From the human T2T-CHM13v2.0 reference genome, Homo sapiens: a stretch of 64,000 nt of DNA. The stretch lies in the NCBI RefSeq assembly GCF_009914755.1, contig NC_060934.1. One strand, given 5' to 3'. The position numbers and the translations under genes were made by a program. Position 1 is the stretch's first letter, and every line of letters starts with the position of its first letter. Below are positions 62,355 through 64,000 of the stretch, in pieces. Below the pieces are notes generated by a model. That model had not been told where the DNA came from, did no database searches, and was given only the letters and a program-made list of their open reading frames with translations.

Positions 62355-64000
62355 TTTTTTTCAACTTTTATTTTAGATTCAGGGATACATGTGCAGGTTT
62401 ATTTCCTGGTTATATTGCATGATGCTGAGGTTTGAGTATGAGTGATGCCGACACCCAGGTACTAAGCATGGTACCCAACAGTCAGTTTTCCAACCCTTGC
62501 CCCCCACCATTCCCCTGTCTAATAGTCCCCAGTGTCTATTTTTGCCATCTTTATGTCTACGAGTCACTGAGGTTTAGCTCCCACTTATAAATGAGAACAT
62601 GTGGTATTCAGTTTTCTGTTTCTGTGTTAATTCACTTAGGATAATGGCCTCCAGCTGATCCATGTTGCTGCAAAGGACATGCTTTCATTCCTTTTTATGG
62701 TTGCTATTTTTTACTTCTTATTTGTTTACTTTTAAACTTTTATTTTAGGTTCAGGGGTACATGTGCAGGTTTGTTATTAATATACAGGTAAACTGGGTTG
62801 CAAGGGTTTGGTGTGCAGATTATTTCGTCACCCAGGAAGTAAGCATAGTTAACAGATACAGTTTTTCCATCCTCACCCTCCTTCTACCCTCCACCCTCAA
62901 ATAGGCACCAGTGTCTGTTGTTCCCTTCTGTGTGTCCATATGTACTCAAAATTTAGCTCCCACTTATAAGTAGTATTTGGTTTTCTGTTTCTTTGTGAGT
63001 TTGCTTAGGATAATGGCCTCCAGCTGCATCCATGTTGCTGCAAAGGACATGATCTCATTCTTTTTTATGGCTGCATAGTATTACATTGTGTATATGTACC
63101 ATTTTTTTTAATCCAGTCTACCATTGATGGGCATTTACGTTGATTCCATGTCTTTGCTATTGTGAATAGTGCTGCGATGAACATATATATGCATGTGTCT
63201 CTATGGTGGAATGATTTATATTCATTCGGGTATATACCCAAGAATGGGATTGTTGGGTCGAATGGTAATTCTGTTTTAAGTTCTTTGAGAAATTACCAAA
63301 CTTCTTTCCACAATGGCTGGAATAATTTACATTTCACCAGCAGTGTGTAAGCATTTCCTTTTCTCCACAATCTCGCCAATATCTGTCTGATATTTTTGAC
63401 TTTTTGATAATAGCCATTACGGCTGTTGTGAGATGGTATCTCATTGTGGTTTTGATTTGCATTTCTCTAATGATTAGTGATGTTGAGCATTTTTTCCTAT
63501 GCTTGTTGGCCACATGAATGTCTTCTTTTGAAAAGTGTCAGTTCATAATCTTTGCCCACTTTTTATAGTGTTGTTTGGTTTTTGCTTGTAAATTTGTTTA
63601 AGTTCCTTATAGATTCTGGATATTAGACCTTTGTGGGATGCATAGTTTGCAAATATTTTCTTCCATTCTGTAGGGTGACTGTTTATTCTGTTGATAGTTT
63701 CTTTTGCTGTGCAGAAGCTCTTAGCTTAATTAGGTCCCATTTATAAATTTTTGTTTCCATTGCAATTACTTTTGGCATCTTGATCATGAAGTCTTTGCCA
63801 TGTCCTATGTCCATAATGACATTTTCTCAGCTGTCTTCCAGGGTTTTTGTAGTTTTACATTTAAGTCTTTAATCCATCTCGAGTTAATTTTGGTATACGG
63901 TATAAGGAAGGGATCAAGTTTCAATCTTTTGCATATGGCTAGCCAGTTATCCCAGTATCATTTATTGAATAGGGAATCCTTTCCCCACTGCTTGTTTTTG
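62355..64000 (-). mobile_element. Two tandem L1P 3' ends (62355-62705 and 62735 to window end)
   Basis: Reverse-strand L1 3' UTR twice; the second continues into ORF2. Confidence 0.88.

Overview
Primate (almost certainly human chr10q25.3) DNA. It holds the last three coding exons and 3' UTR of PNLIPRP3 (pancreatic lipase-related protein 3, + strand, 39-5425), then about 58 kb of repeat-rich sequence. Large insertions are a two-LTR HERV-H/LTR7 provirus (8946-14791, +) and a deleted HERV9/LTR12 provirus (24895-30826, -) that sits inside an AluJ and has an inverted gag segment. The main observation is that the unique sequence between the repeats contains, in correct order on the + strand, decayed exons of TWO tandem pancreatic-lipase paralogues: relic A (~15.8-44.6 kb) and relic B (~45.1-60.8 kb). 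Both have lost catalytic residues, and one exon of B is split by a MER5A1 transposon. Both nevertheless keep an identical 17-bp CTCF-like motif in intron 4. Two old L1 copies also carry insertions copied from nearby DNA. All alignments were made by eye against remembered lipase and repeat sequences, so the weaker exon calls and repeat subfamily names need computational confirmation.
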